This document shows, piece by piece, positions 1 to 8,439 of a stretch of DNA of 64,000 bases. Below the pieces are notes generated by a model, which saw only the letters and a program-made list of their open reading frames with translations, searched no databases and had not been told where the DNA came from. The stretch covers positions 128,001 to 192,000 of the IMG/VR virus record IMGVR_UViG_3300034101_006325; one strand, 5' to 3'. Each line of letters opens with the position of its first letter. The stretch's first letter is position 1. Position numbers and translations under genes: made by a program. The stretch comes from a virus. Its lineage: Duplodnaviria; Caudoviricetes.

Positions 1-1208
1 AATTTTGCTTTTTCAATATCATTTTTAGTTTGGTCAATTAGGACTGACCAATCTCTATCCGGGTAATTTTTTAATTGTGATTTTGAAGCACTTGCTTCTT
101 TATTGGCAATTTCATGCATTCTATCAAAAATGTCAAGATCTAAAAATTTAGAAAGAATTGCTCTCCTCTTGGCAGATCCTTGAGATATGAACTGATTAAT
201 TTCTCCTTGAGCAGAAAGAGAAGTCATTAGAAAATCTTCGTGACTTCCAATTAAATTTTTAATAATTTTTTCAGTATCGGTTCTCTGCTCTCCGTTTAAT
301 TCGTCTACTTCACCATCTTCTTTCATCCTGTAGACATTTAAAGAAGTGGTCGCGCTAATTCCTTTTTTAGACTCAGACTTTGTTGTTTGACGCTCAATAA
401 TGTAGTCTGTTCCACTATGATTAATGATCGCTCTTGCTGAACAATAAGGTTTTCTAATATTGCATATGTGAATATTCTTCATTGGACCACGATCAGTGGT
501 ATTAAACAAAGCATACATGATCGTTCCAACAATAGAAGATTTTCCGATTCTATTGGCTCCAAATATTCCAACAATTCCATTGATTGCATCAAAATTTATA
601 TAATTTTTTTCTCCATAAGAAAAAACATTGTTAAAATTAAGATGTCTTAAAGACCACTTAGAATTTCTAAGTACTTCTTCGTTAGAAGCAACAATAGATA
701 ATATCTTTTTAATTGAGTCAGAAGTTTTAGTCCATGTTTCTTCAGAAAAATTAGAATTTTTATGATGATCTTTGACCAATTTTAAAAGAACATCAGGAGA
801 CCTAAGGTCAGACTTGGCCAAAGATGCAGCCCCAGCTTTGACTACAGACCGATCGATTGTAACGTCTGACTTAAATGTTATTTCAGAAGCACCTTTTGAA
901 TATAGAACAGAATTAATTGATTGAATTTCTTTTTGAGTAACGTGAGAGTTAGATCTAATTCTGTATCTTGTTCCCTTTGGATAATTTTTAGATGCTTTTA
1001 AAAGTTCGTCTAACTCTCCTGTCCACGTCAGAGTTACAAAAGGTTTTGGATTTGGCAATTTTTTAAAATTAATTGACCAATCTTCTGATGACTCAATATC
1101 CCACAATAGATAACCATGATCTAGGTCTTCAGCATAATTTTGTTGCAAAGGAGTTCCTGGATATGCAATCCAGGGTTTCTTTACCTTTATTTTTATTTTT
1201 TTGCCCAT
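1..1208 (-). CDS. sbcC: SbcD C-terminal part fused to SbcC/Rad50-type ATPase (partial, runs off window start)
   Basis: Not in the ORF track. Hand translation from ATG at 1208 is open through 1208-541 and again at the window start, same frame: MGKKIKIKVKKPWIAYPGTPLQQNYAED (SbcD motif V), WSLRHLNFNNVFSYG, Walker A GANRIGKSS, Q-loop FLMTSLSAQG, KRRAILSKFLDLD. Confidence 0.88.
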   Translation of the reverse strand, partial: MGKKIKIKVKKPWIAYPGTPLQQNYAEDLDHGYLLWDIESSEDWSINFKKLPNPKPFVTLTWTGELDELLKASKNYPKGTRYRIRSNSHVTQKEIQSINSVLYSKGASEITFKSDVTIDRSVVKAGAASLAKSDLRSPDVLLKLVKDHHKNSNFSEETWTKTSDSIKKILSIVASNEEVLRNSKWSLRHLNFNNVFSYGEKNYINFDAINGIVGIFGANRIGKSSIVGTIMYALFNTTDRGPMKNIHICNIRKPYCSARAIINHSGTDYIIERQTTKSESKKGISATTSLNVYRMKEDGEVDELNGEQRTDTEKIIKNLIGSHEDFLMTSLSAQGEINQFISQGSAKRRAILSKFLDLDIFDRMHEIANKEASASKSQLKNYPDRDWSVLIDQTKNDIEKAK

Positions 1209-1248
1209 GTGAATTGATCTTTATTCAACAATTGTGCAGCCTGGATAT
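1156..1248. repeat. 9-bp direct repeat CCTGGATAT (1156-1164 and 1240-1248), 84 bp apart and in frame, flanking the SbcD stop/restart
   Basis: Read directly. Both copies encode Y-P-G on the minus strand (KYPGC and AYPGT). Confidence 0.8.
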
Positions 1249-1865
1249 TTTGACAATTCTTCTTCTTCTATTTCGATGGTTACTTCTCTAAAGTCCAAAA
1301 ATTGCATTTTGTGTATGTCTCCCAGAAGTACAAAATCAAAGTCTTTGAAAAATTCGACTGTTAAACCTTCTTCTATATTCCAGCCTGTTTCACTTACTGA
1401 TCCATTGACAGGCCCATGATAGCAAGCAATATTAACATCGCCTTTTATGGGTTTTACATTCTTCCAGCCTTCTTCGTCAAAAAGGCTGAAGACGCACAGG
1501 TTGTATCCTTTTTGAATTTCAAAGACTCCGCTTTTTTTGTAAAGAAAAATTCTAGGATTGTTAAGCGCAGAAACTATTGGTGAAACTGCATCTTGTCTAG
1601 ATAAATTAACTAGATTGCCGTCATGATTTCCTAGTGTTAAATGAACAGGTGCAATTTTGCTCATTGCATCTAACCACCAAGTTAGATGCTCAATATATTC
1701 AGGTGATATTCCTGTTGTTTTAGTATGAAAAATGTCACCACCCACAAAAATGTGATTCACACTATTTTTTTTGCAATCATTAATGAATGCTGTAAAAACT
1801 TCTCTATACTCGTCATGACGAGTCAAGCCTCGCCAGTGAACGTCTGCAGTATGTGCGATTCGCAT
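1221..1865 (-). CDS. sbcD: SbcD/Mre11 metallophosphoesterase nuclease, N-terminal part (motifs I-IV)
   Basis: ADVH, GGDIFH, GNHD, YHG and GDIH motifs. ATG at 1865 preferred to TTG at 1874. Ends at TAA 1221-1223, before motif V. Confidence 0.9.
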   Translation of the reverse strand: MRIAHTADVHWRGLTRHDEYREVFTAFINDCKKNSVNHIFVGGDIFHTKTTGISPEYIEHLTWWLDAMSKIAPVHLTLGNHDGNLVNLSRQDAVSPIVSALNNPRIFLYKKSGVFEIQKGYNLCVFSLFDEEGWKNVKPIKGDVNIACYHGPVNGSVSETGWNIEEGLTVEFFKDFDFVLLGDIHKMQFLDFREVTIEIEEEELSKYPGCTIVE

Positions 1866-1903
1866 TTTAATCAAAAATATACATCAAAAAGAAACTGTTC
1901 AAT

Positions 1904-2887
1904 TTAGATGCTAAATCTAATTTCAGTTGCTTTCTTCATTTTTCTTAAAAAATCATCTTCCCAATTTATTATTTTCGCATCAGATAGTGCGTTCTCGAAT
2001 TCCAACTTAGACATATTTCCGGGATCTTTCCACTGTCTAACGTCAACAACTAAAACATCAATGTTATATTCCATTAATTTTTTTGCAATTTTTGGAGTTT
2101 TCTTATCCCACATGTCACCATCGAGTGCCAACCAAATAGGCGTATTATTTAAAAGAATTTTATTAAATATTTCATGTCTTTCGTCCAGATCAGACCCCAG
2201 CAAAGCTGTGGAATTTTCAGGGCATTTAACCAAATCAAATGCACCTTCTACTAGAACAAGTCTCTTCTGCCAGTCCAAGTTAATTTCATTAAAAACTATA
2301 GGATTTTTATCAACATCAGGATTGTCGTACTTGGGTTTTTTATCTTTGTCAATTGCTCTTGCTACAAAATAGTTTAAATTTCCTAGTGAGTCAAAAGAAG
2401 GCATGATCAACCTTCTTTTCCAACGAGGTTCATCAGAAATTCCTAACTTAAAATACCATGCATCTTTGTCAGTTAATCCTCTCGAATAAAGATAACGCCA
2501 CGCTGCCTTGACATCAGGATCTAAATCGTTTGCAAGAGAAAGAAGTTTAAAATCTTTTGGAAGACAAATTTTTTGTTTTTCTTCTTTTTCTCCTGTGACT
2601 AGTCGAGAAGTCCCGGGAGATATTCCGAACATTTCCTTGAAAGTTTCAAGTTGAAGTTGTGTACCGTATTTCCTGATGAGTGGAATAATTGTTCTTGATT
2701 TCCATCCACATACCCAGCAATGGTTGGCCGACGTATCTGTTCTAATTGAAAGTTTCTTTTTAGATTGGTCAGAAGGCGCACATATGGGGCAGCGTACGTC
2801 AAAATTAATTCCATTGGAAGATACGTGACCTTTGCCAAAGATAGATTCAAAAAAAATAATGCTGTCAGAGACAGAACGGATTCCCAC
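1904..2887 (-). CDS. DNA primase (zinc finger + TOPRIM; DnaG/T4 gp61-like)
   Basis: CPIC...CWVC zinc finger, LVLVEGAFD, and DGD (DxD) TOPRIM motifs. Confidence 0.88.
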   Translation of the reverse strand: MGIRSVSDSIIFFESIFGKGHVSSNGINFDVRCPICAPSDQSKKKLSIRTDTSANHCWVCGWKSRTIIPLIRKYGTQLQLETFKEMFGISPGTSRLVTGEKEEKQKICLPKDFKLLSLANDLDPDVKAAWRYLYSRGLTDKDAWYFKLGISDEPRWKRRLIMPSFDSLGNLNYFVARAIDKDKKPKYDNPDVDKNPIVFNEINLDWQKRLVLVEGAFDLVKCPENSTALLGSDLDERHEIFNKILLNNTPIWLALDGDMWDKKTPKIAKKLMEYNIDVLVVDVRQWKDPGNMSKLEFENALSDAKIINWEDDFLRKMKKATEIRFSI

Positions 2888-2918
2888 ATAATTATCCTAA
2901 CAAATAATCATGAGATGT

Positions 2919-3473
2919 TCATAAGAGGCATGCAGCCCTGGCTATCACATATGCATCCGTAGCATCTCGACTCCAGTCTACTGGTTCTCCATTTTTCTTC
3001 TTTGGCCATACAACATGTTTTAAGTCATTCTCTGACATGTATCTAAAAACTTGTTCTTTGCCATTTATGCCCGCAATGGACGTCTTCTGCAATTTTATTC
3101 CGCATGATTTTCTTGCTGTTGATGAAGCTATGTACTGAGGATCTACACCAAATATTCCTCTTGAAATATACGAGACAATGCCATTGAATCTCATCAGCGT
3201 AGTTATCGTTGCTGCGGAAGACATTCCCGCCCTGAAACCCATCAGTGGTTCCTCAAGATAGACTTTGTAGTCTCCTGGAAATTTATTTTTCAAATCACCG
3301 AGGGATCTTGATGTAAAATCTGCCTTATCCCAAAGTGTATTGCACTTCTTGTATTCAATCCTATCGAGATAAATAATGTGCGATCCTGAGTCATCCCCTG
3401 CTTTGTTTGCATCGAGTATTGACACACCTGTCACAGATGTCGAAACATCCAAGCCTATGATATAGTTCTTCAC
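2919..3473 (-). CDS. RuvC-like Holliday junction resolvase
   Basis: IIGLDVSTSVTG, YLEEP and DATDA acidic motifs of the RuvC family. Confidence 0.8.
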   Translation of the reverse strand: MKNYIIGLDVSTSVTGVSILDANKAGDDSGSHIIYLDRIEYKKCNTLWDKADFTSRSLGDLKNKFPGDYKVYLEEPLMGFRAGMSSAATITTLMRFNGIVSYISRGIFGVDPQYIASSTARKSCGIKLQKTSIAGINGKEQVFRYMSENDLKHVVWPKKKNGEPVDWSRDATDAYVIARAACLL

Positions 3474-3513
3474 GTGTCATTATTTAAACACAGATTGGTC
3501 AGGTAAAATAGAA

Positions 3514-3924
3514 TTATAAAAGACCTAATTCTTTTAATTCTATTTCTGTCAATATTTTATAAATGGCGCCGTGTGTCACGCACCACTGCTCTGCAGCTGC
3601 AGTCTTCTTCTTGATTGCTGCCTGTTGTAATTTTCTGCGAGGCTTTACTTCTAAAACCTCAGAATGACCATCCAAATAAGAAACGAAAAAGTCTGGGTAG
3701 TATTTGCGAATCTTTTTTGTCCTAATGTTTGAGACATATTCAATGACAGTCTTTTCATAGCTCCAATGTGAAATATCAGGTTGATCATCAAGATATTTCA
3801 TGACAGCAAGTTCCCACCCGCTTCGATATTTGCAGATCTGACCAGTCTTGGAAGATGTATACTCACCTCGGTGGTAATGACCTTTTCTCTTAACTTTTCT
3901 ACGAATCTTTTTTTTTAAAGTCAT
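3514..3924 (-). CDS. T4 gp4-like head completion nuclease (TnsA N-terminal-like PD-(D/E)XK)
   Basis: YRSGWE, SWSYE, KYYPDF, EVKP motifs. ATG at 3924 lies 7 nt past the upstream stop and is preferred to 3942. Confidence 0.8.
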   Translation of the reverse strand: MTLKKKIRRKVKRKGHYHRGEYTSSKTGQICKYRSGWELAVMKYLDDQPDISHWSYEKTVIEYVSNIRTKKIRKYYPDFFVSYLDGHSEVLEVKPRRKLQQAAIKKKTAAAEQWCVTHGAIYKILTEIELKELGLL

Positions 3925-3931
3925 TAGAAGA

Positions 3932-6403
3932 TCACCAGTCAAATCCTACCTTAAAAAGAATTTTTTCGGGTTCTCTTTTTAACACTGGTTGTGCAAGATT
4001 GGCTTTTGCAACTACATTGAGGTTCTCATCGTGCATATTTATTTCTGTAATATAGACAAATAAATCAGTATCGAGCGGATCATTGGATGCACTTATAATT
4101 TCTTTGAGTGGTGCATAGGACCCATTGGAAGACGAATTTAATAGTCCTGAAGGCGCCAAAAGCGCATACTTGCTTGAATGAAGCTGATATTCTCCTCTAA
4201 AAGACATCTCATATTGATCTTTACCGAAAAAGTTTATGTGTGGACTTTTGAGAAATACGACGCCTTCATTGTAGAATATATTTCCAATAGACGATTTTTT
4301 GCTATGGGGTGTTAAAGAATCTGCTCTGTATAGATTGCCATTTCCGTCATCTTTTATTGTTATAGAAACAGCTCCTCCGGAGCCTGTCATATTGCTGTCT
4401 TTTAAGACAAATGATTTAGGCAAAATTCTACTGCCATAAAAAAGGTTGCTTATGTCGAAAAATGTAATCTGATTTGAAGATGGGTCTTTGGTTCTCTCGT
4501 AAATTGAAAGTGGAAATCCTTTGATGAAAGAAGGATCATATAGCTCTTCATTTATTTGTGAAATTTTATTTTTTATTGCTTCACCAGGAAGCAAACCTGG
4601 GTACTCTGGATTAAATCCTAGCAGTTCTTCATATACATCGGGAAGACTCTCATAATCGTTAAAATCGCCCAAAACTGAAGTGTCATTTAAAAGATAATCC
4701 AACCCAATTAAACTGGTGTTTAGTCTTCCGAATGAGTCTATTCCTTTATTTGTTACTTCATTTACTATAAGACCATAGTTTGGATTAAAGTTTCCATCAT
4801 CACAGGGCAGTATAGTTAAATTTCTTTTTCTAACAAAAGGATCATCATAAAGTATATCATTAGCTACTTGTGGCGAAGTAGTTGTTGTCTTTACTGACGC
4901 AGATAAATGATGTAGACGTGCATAGTTTTGATTGGCAAAATCTTTGACAAAGTTATCTAAGTTAATATAGTGTCCTCCCACGCCGAAAGACATTCCTACA
5001 TTAAATGGATCGTTGGTATAACCATCGACCTCATAGAAAGGTGTCAATAAGACGCCTCCATAAGATGTTGCTGGGCCTCCCAAAGGAGTAACAAATTTTC
5101 TGTATGGAGCTTTTTCAACAAAAAATGGAGGAAGATAAAAAGCAACATCAGTGGAAGTTGTTTCTTGAGATAAACCACGTCCTTTTAGATTGTTGATATC
5201 CAAATTGGTCTTATATGAACGATAAATTGCCAGATTATGAACCTCTGCTTTTAAAGGATGTCTCAAAAGATATGTGTCTGGCTCGTCTTGGGTCCCGCCG
5301 CTGTCTATTAGATTTGGCAATCCTTCTCTTTCTGATTCAATGTCGCTAAAAAAGTACGACATTCCGCTTGTTCCCTGATTGGTTCCTTCAAAATAATTTC
5401 CAACAAATAACACAGTTGGTTCATCACTGTTGTTAAAAATTTGTGGTGAAATTGTTCCAGAAGGCACAGTAAAGTAACCGCAATCTTTGCCATTTACATA
5501 AAATGAGCCAGTTCCATCATTTACTAAATTAGTTCCCCACCTGACTATTACATGATTCCAAGTGTTCCAGTCCAAAATATTGTCGTCAGAATGAAAAATT
5601 AAATCACTAGGATAGCTTCCTGGAATTGCTTCTGAAGGAGGAATGTCAGCGCTATGACTTAATTGTAACTGCAATTTAAAACTTGCAGGATAACCATTTT
5701 GATCTTTTGAAGAACCAGTGACAAGAGAAAGACAATAGCTTGATGATAAATGAAAAATTGTTCCTGCACGAAATTCGCCTGGGTCTAAATAATCCTCTTT
5801 ATACCTAGGATTAATATAACATTCAAATGTGAAAGGTCCTGATAATGAATAAGTTCCTCCCACAAAACCTGGGGGAGTTACCAAGTTATTATTTTCAATA
5901 TTTGCAAAAAGAAGTGCAGAAGTCGATGGAACATCGGGGGAAGTAAAAAAATTTAATGAATGATAATTTGTGTAGGCCCAGTTGGCTGTCTTGTAATTAA
6001 TTCGATAATGAGGAATTAGAATATCTTTTACATTCAACTTTCGCAATGTGTCCGCAGTAAGATCTGCCGTAGGAACAAATCTTCTTATGCCTATTGTCTT
6101 CTTTTTCTTTATGGACGTGTCTTGTGTGTTGACCTTTTCTAGATATTGTTCGACAATCTTTGAATAATCCTGAGCGTTATTCAGGACTGCTTGACTCATG
6201 TAATTTTCTAAATTTTCATCATTAAACACAGACTGCTGAAACATCGCAAGAGGACGTATCTCTTTCTCTATGTTAGAAGCACGAGGATATAGATTAATCG
6301 CTCCAGTTGTCTCTCCCAAAGAATTTGATTTAAAAAATCTTTCAGGATTAATAACAGTAGTAATTAATTCTACATCCTCAGCTCTTACGGGTATGATTGA
6401 CAT
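3932..6403 (-). CDS. Virion structural protein with LamG/concanavalin-like domain and tail-collar-like C-terminus
   Basis: FTFECYINP and WNHVIVRW...FYVNG (LamG-like). C-terminal YITEINMHDENLNVVAKANLAQPVLK. Confidence 0.6.
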   Translation of the reverse strand: MSIIPVRAEDVELITTVINPERFFKSNSLGETTGAINLYPRASNIEKEIRPLAMFQQSVFNDENLENYMSQAVLNNAQDYSKIVEQYLEKVNTQDTSIKKKKTIGIRRFVPTADLTADTLRKLNVKDILIPHYRINYKTANWAYTNYHSLNFFTSPDVPSTSALLFANIENNNLVTPPGFVGGTYSLSGPFTFECYINPRYKEDYLDPGEFRAGTIFHLSSSYCLSLVTGSSKDQNGYPASFKLQLQLSHSADIPPSEAIPGSYPSDLIFHSDDNILDWNTWNHVIVRWGTNLVNDGTGSFYVNGKDCGYFTVPSGTISPQIFNNSDEPTVLFVGNYFEGTNQGTSGMSYFFSDIESEREGLPNLIDSGGTQDEPDTYLLRHPLKAEVHNLAIYRSYKTNLDINNLKGRGLSQETTSTDVAFYLPPFFVEKAPYRKFVTPLGGPATSYGGVLLTPFYEVDGYTNDPFNVGMSFGVGGHYINLDNFVKDFANQNYARLHHLSASVKTTTTSPQVANDILYDDPFVRKRNLTILPCDDGNFNPNYGLIVNEVTNKGIDSFGRLNTSLIGLDYLLNDTSVLGDFNDYESLPDVYEELLGFNPEYPGLLPGEAIKNKISQINEELYDPSFIKGFPLSIYERTKDPSSNQITFFDISNLFYGSRILPKSFVLKDSNMTGSGGAVSITIKDDGNGNLYRADSLTPHSKKSSIGNIFYNEGVVFLKSPHINFFGKDQYEMSFRGEYQLHSSKYALLAPSGLLNSSSNGSYAPLKEIISASNDPLDTDLFVYITEINMHDENLNVVAKANLAQPVLKREPEKILFKVGFDW

Positions 6404-6417
6404 TTGAAATTAAATTA

Positions 6418-7659
6418 TTAGAAGTCAAGTCTAATTCTAAAAGTTACATCTCTTTCAGGGCTTTTTTCTACAGGTCTACTAAGTTTAGCAACTGCCAAAA
6501 GATTTTCAGTCGCATCGTAAAGACCTACGGAAGTGACATATGTAAAAGTTTCTTGCTTATCTTCTTCACCTGGATCAATTACGACTGTTCTACCTTGTGT
6601 GTCTACAAAGGTGGGGTTAGACGAATAGTTAAACTTATTAGCGGCAGCCCTACAAAAAACCAGTGTAGAATTAATGCTTGTTACATTTTGAAAAGTCACT
6701 GCTGTAAGAGAACCCGACTGAAATCTTGTAGCACAAAGGTGATCTACAATGTTGTCTATGCTTCCTGAAGTCATGAAGTCAGGAATAAATCTAGCCGTGC
6801 CAGTCAAGGCTGTATTGAATCCGCCTATGTCCATTTTTCCTAAAGCATTTACAGCGTCTATTGTTCCTGATACAAACTGAGTTCCTGAAAGTATTTGATT
6901 GAGATCAAATACTGCAACTCCTGCATCATAAAAAAGTAAGCCTACTTCTCTTGCAGTGTTTGAAGCATCTTTTATAATTCCATATTGACCACCAAAAGTT
7001 GTGAATTTAGCCTGTGATGATCCTAAGTCGGTAAAAATTGCAGATCCGGATATGGATGTTTCAATAAGGTTTGGTCTTTGAGAAATTGTTTCGTAGTCAC
7101 CAGCGGCTCCCATTGAAGCAGACTGGTAAAATCTCATGGCAAAAGTTTCTCTTTTTATTTGATCTCTTGCAAAAAGTCTCTTAAAGGCAATAAAAAGTGC
7201 GGCGTCGATCGTAGTTGTTGATCCTGCAGATTCTAGTGGAATTGTAAATAATTTTGTTTCACCCACCGAATCGTTTCCAAGCAGTATCTGAGAAAATTGT
7301 CTATAAATATCAGTTTTTTCTCTCATCATTAAACTACTGCTAGTGTAAAGATCTTTGCTTCCTGCTGTACCTGTTCTAACTGAATAAGCTATTGATGTAG
7401 TATTGGTCGAAAGAGGAGGCGACAGACCAACTGTCACATCAAAAATAGGATTGGCAGTCTGCAAAGTAAAATCTTGATCATAAACTGTCTGATAAAGAGA
7501 AGAAGTGACACCAGGACCTATGCCTCCAGTTACAAAATGCTGATATTTTCTTCTTGATGTAGATCCACTTATGTCTTCCTGAAGTACGTCTATTAACTGG
7601 TTAAGAAAGGATCTTGCAGATTTTATATCATTGTTGTTGTCTAAATCCTGATAAATCAT
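6418..7659 (-). CDS. Virion structural protein, tail-collar-like C-terminus
   Basis: C-terminal YVTSVGLYDATENLLAVAKLSRPVEK is paralogous to the end of 3932-6403. Sits in the structural operon. Confidence 0.6.
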   Translation of the reverse strand: MIYQDLDNNNDIKSARSFLNQLIDVLQEDISGSTSRRKYQHFVTGGIGPGVTSSLYQTVYDQDFTLQTANPIFDVTVGLSPPLSTNTTSIAYSVRTGTAGSKDLYTSSSLMMREKTDIYRQFSQILLGNDSVGETKLFTIPLESAGSTTTIDAALFIAFKRLFARDQIKRETFAMRFYQSASMGAAGDYETISQRPNLIETSISGSAIFTDLGSSQAKFTTFGGQYGIIKDASNTAREVGLLFYDAGVAVFDLNQILSGTQFVSGTIDAVNALGKMDIGGFNTALTGTARFIPDFMTSGSIDNIVDHLCATRFQSGSLTAVTFQNVTSINSTLVFCRAAANKFNYSSNPTFVDTQGRTVVIDPGEEDKQETFTYVTSVGLYDATENLLAVAKLSRPVEKSPERDVTFRIRLDF

Positions 7660-7672
7660 TTTTCCTCTTTGC

Positions 7673-8383
7673 TCAAGGTGTTGTTAATTTGTAAATGTCG
7701 ATGGGAAGGTCTAAAGATATTCCTGTTTGTCTTCCAGTAATTCTCACAGATGTATCAATAATTCTTTGACTGCCAGTGGTCGCACGACCATAGACATCAA
7801 ACATGGTGTCAGTAATTGTTTTTCTAGAAATTGTAAAATTTAGAGTAGGAATATTGTTGTTTATGACAGCAGTTGCTTGATACATTTTTATTCTACTAAT
7901 GTCTGCAGCTCCTGAAGCTGTAGGCCCACCAGACAAATTTAAAAATAAATCAGGGACAAATATTTCAAATTCTGTTTCTTGAGTTCCTACGGGTATAGGC
8001 TCTCCACCTTGACCAATTTGAGTAACCGTAATAAACTGAGAATTTCCTGGTGTTAAGGTGACTTGTGTAATGTTGCTAGTTAGCTTCGGCAAATAGATTA
8101 TAGGATTTTGTTCTGCACTAAAAAGTCTATATTTTTGAGATAAATTTTGATTTGTAAAGGCTTCGAATACAGGCGTGTTCTTTTCTATTTTTTCTCTTCC
8201 TATTGTTCTACCGTATTTCTTTATCAAATTATAGTTTACTTCATCGTCTCCGAGCGCAAAAGAAAAAATAGAAAAACCATTGGCACTATTACTTCCATTC
8301 GCAGCAGCTAATTTTTGTCTACCGTAGTCTGTCAATACCGCATCTAAAATTATATTATTGGTTGAATTATCTAACCATCCCAT
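7673..8383 (-). CDS. Virion structural protein, tail-collar-like N-terminus
   Basis: LDAVLTDYGRQKLA...FSFALGDDEV resembles the N-terminal half of the P2 gpH/DUF3751 collar domain. SD-like GAGG upstream. Confidence 0.55.
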   Translation of the reverse strand: MGWLDNSTNNIILDAVLTDYGRQKLAAANGSNSANGFSIFSFALGDDEVNYNLIKKYGRTIGREKIEKNTPVFEAFTNQNLSQKYRLFSAEQNPIIYLPKLTSNITQVTLTPGNSQFITVTQIGQGGEPIPVGTQETEFEIFVPDLFLNLSGGPTASGAADISRIKMYQATAVINNNIPTLNFTISRKTITDTMFDVYGRATTGSQRIIDTSVRITGRQTGISLDLPIDIYKLTTP

Positions 8384-8439
8384 TTTTTCCTCGCTATATA
8401 GTCTAATATAAACTTAAAAAGTAAAAACGCTATAAAATA

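Noticed and set aside
1221-1223. Stop-codon reassignment (alternative genetic code) to explain the in-frame TAA in sbcD
   Set aside because: TAA, TAG and TGA all end well-defined genes elsewhere in the window, and no other conserved gene is interrupted.
1200-1230. T4 gene 60-style bypass from the codon next to the stop
   Set aside because: The pre-stop codon GAA has no in-frame matching landing codon nearby, and there is no evident hairpin at the stop.
1176-1292. Split intein at the SbcD break
   Set aside because: No N-terminal Cys/Ser block A, no TxxH block B, and no C-terminal HN/N followed by C/S/T; the tails are far too short.
1908-2372. 154-aa plus-strand ORF and other short ORFs antisense or out of frame within long genes (e.g. 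6397-6768, 50287-50571, 59786-60148)
   Set aside because: Shadows of well-supported genes; no motifs or translation signals.
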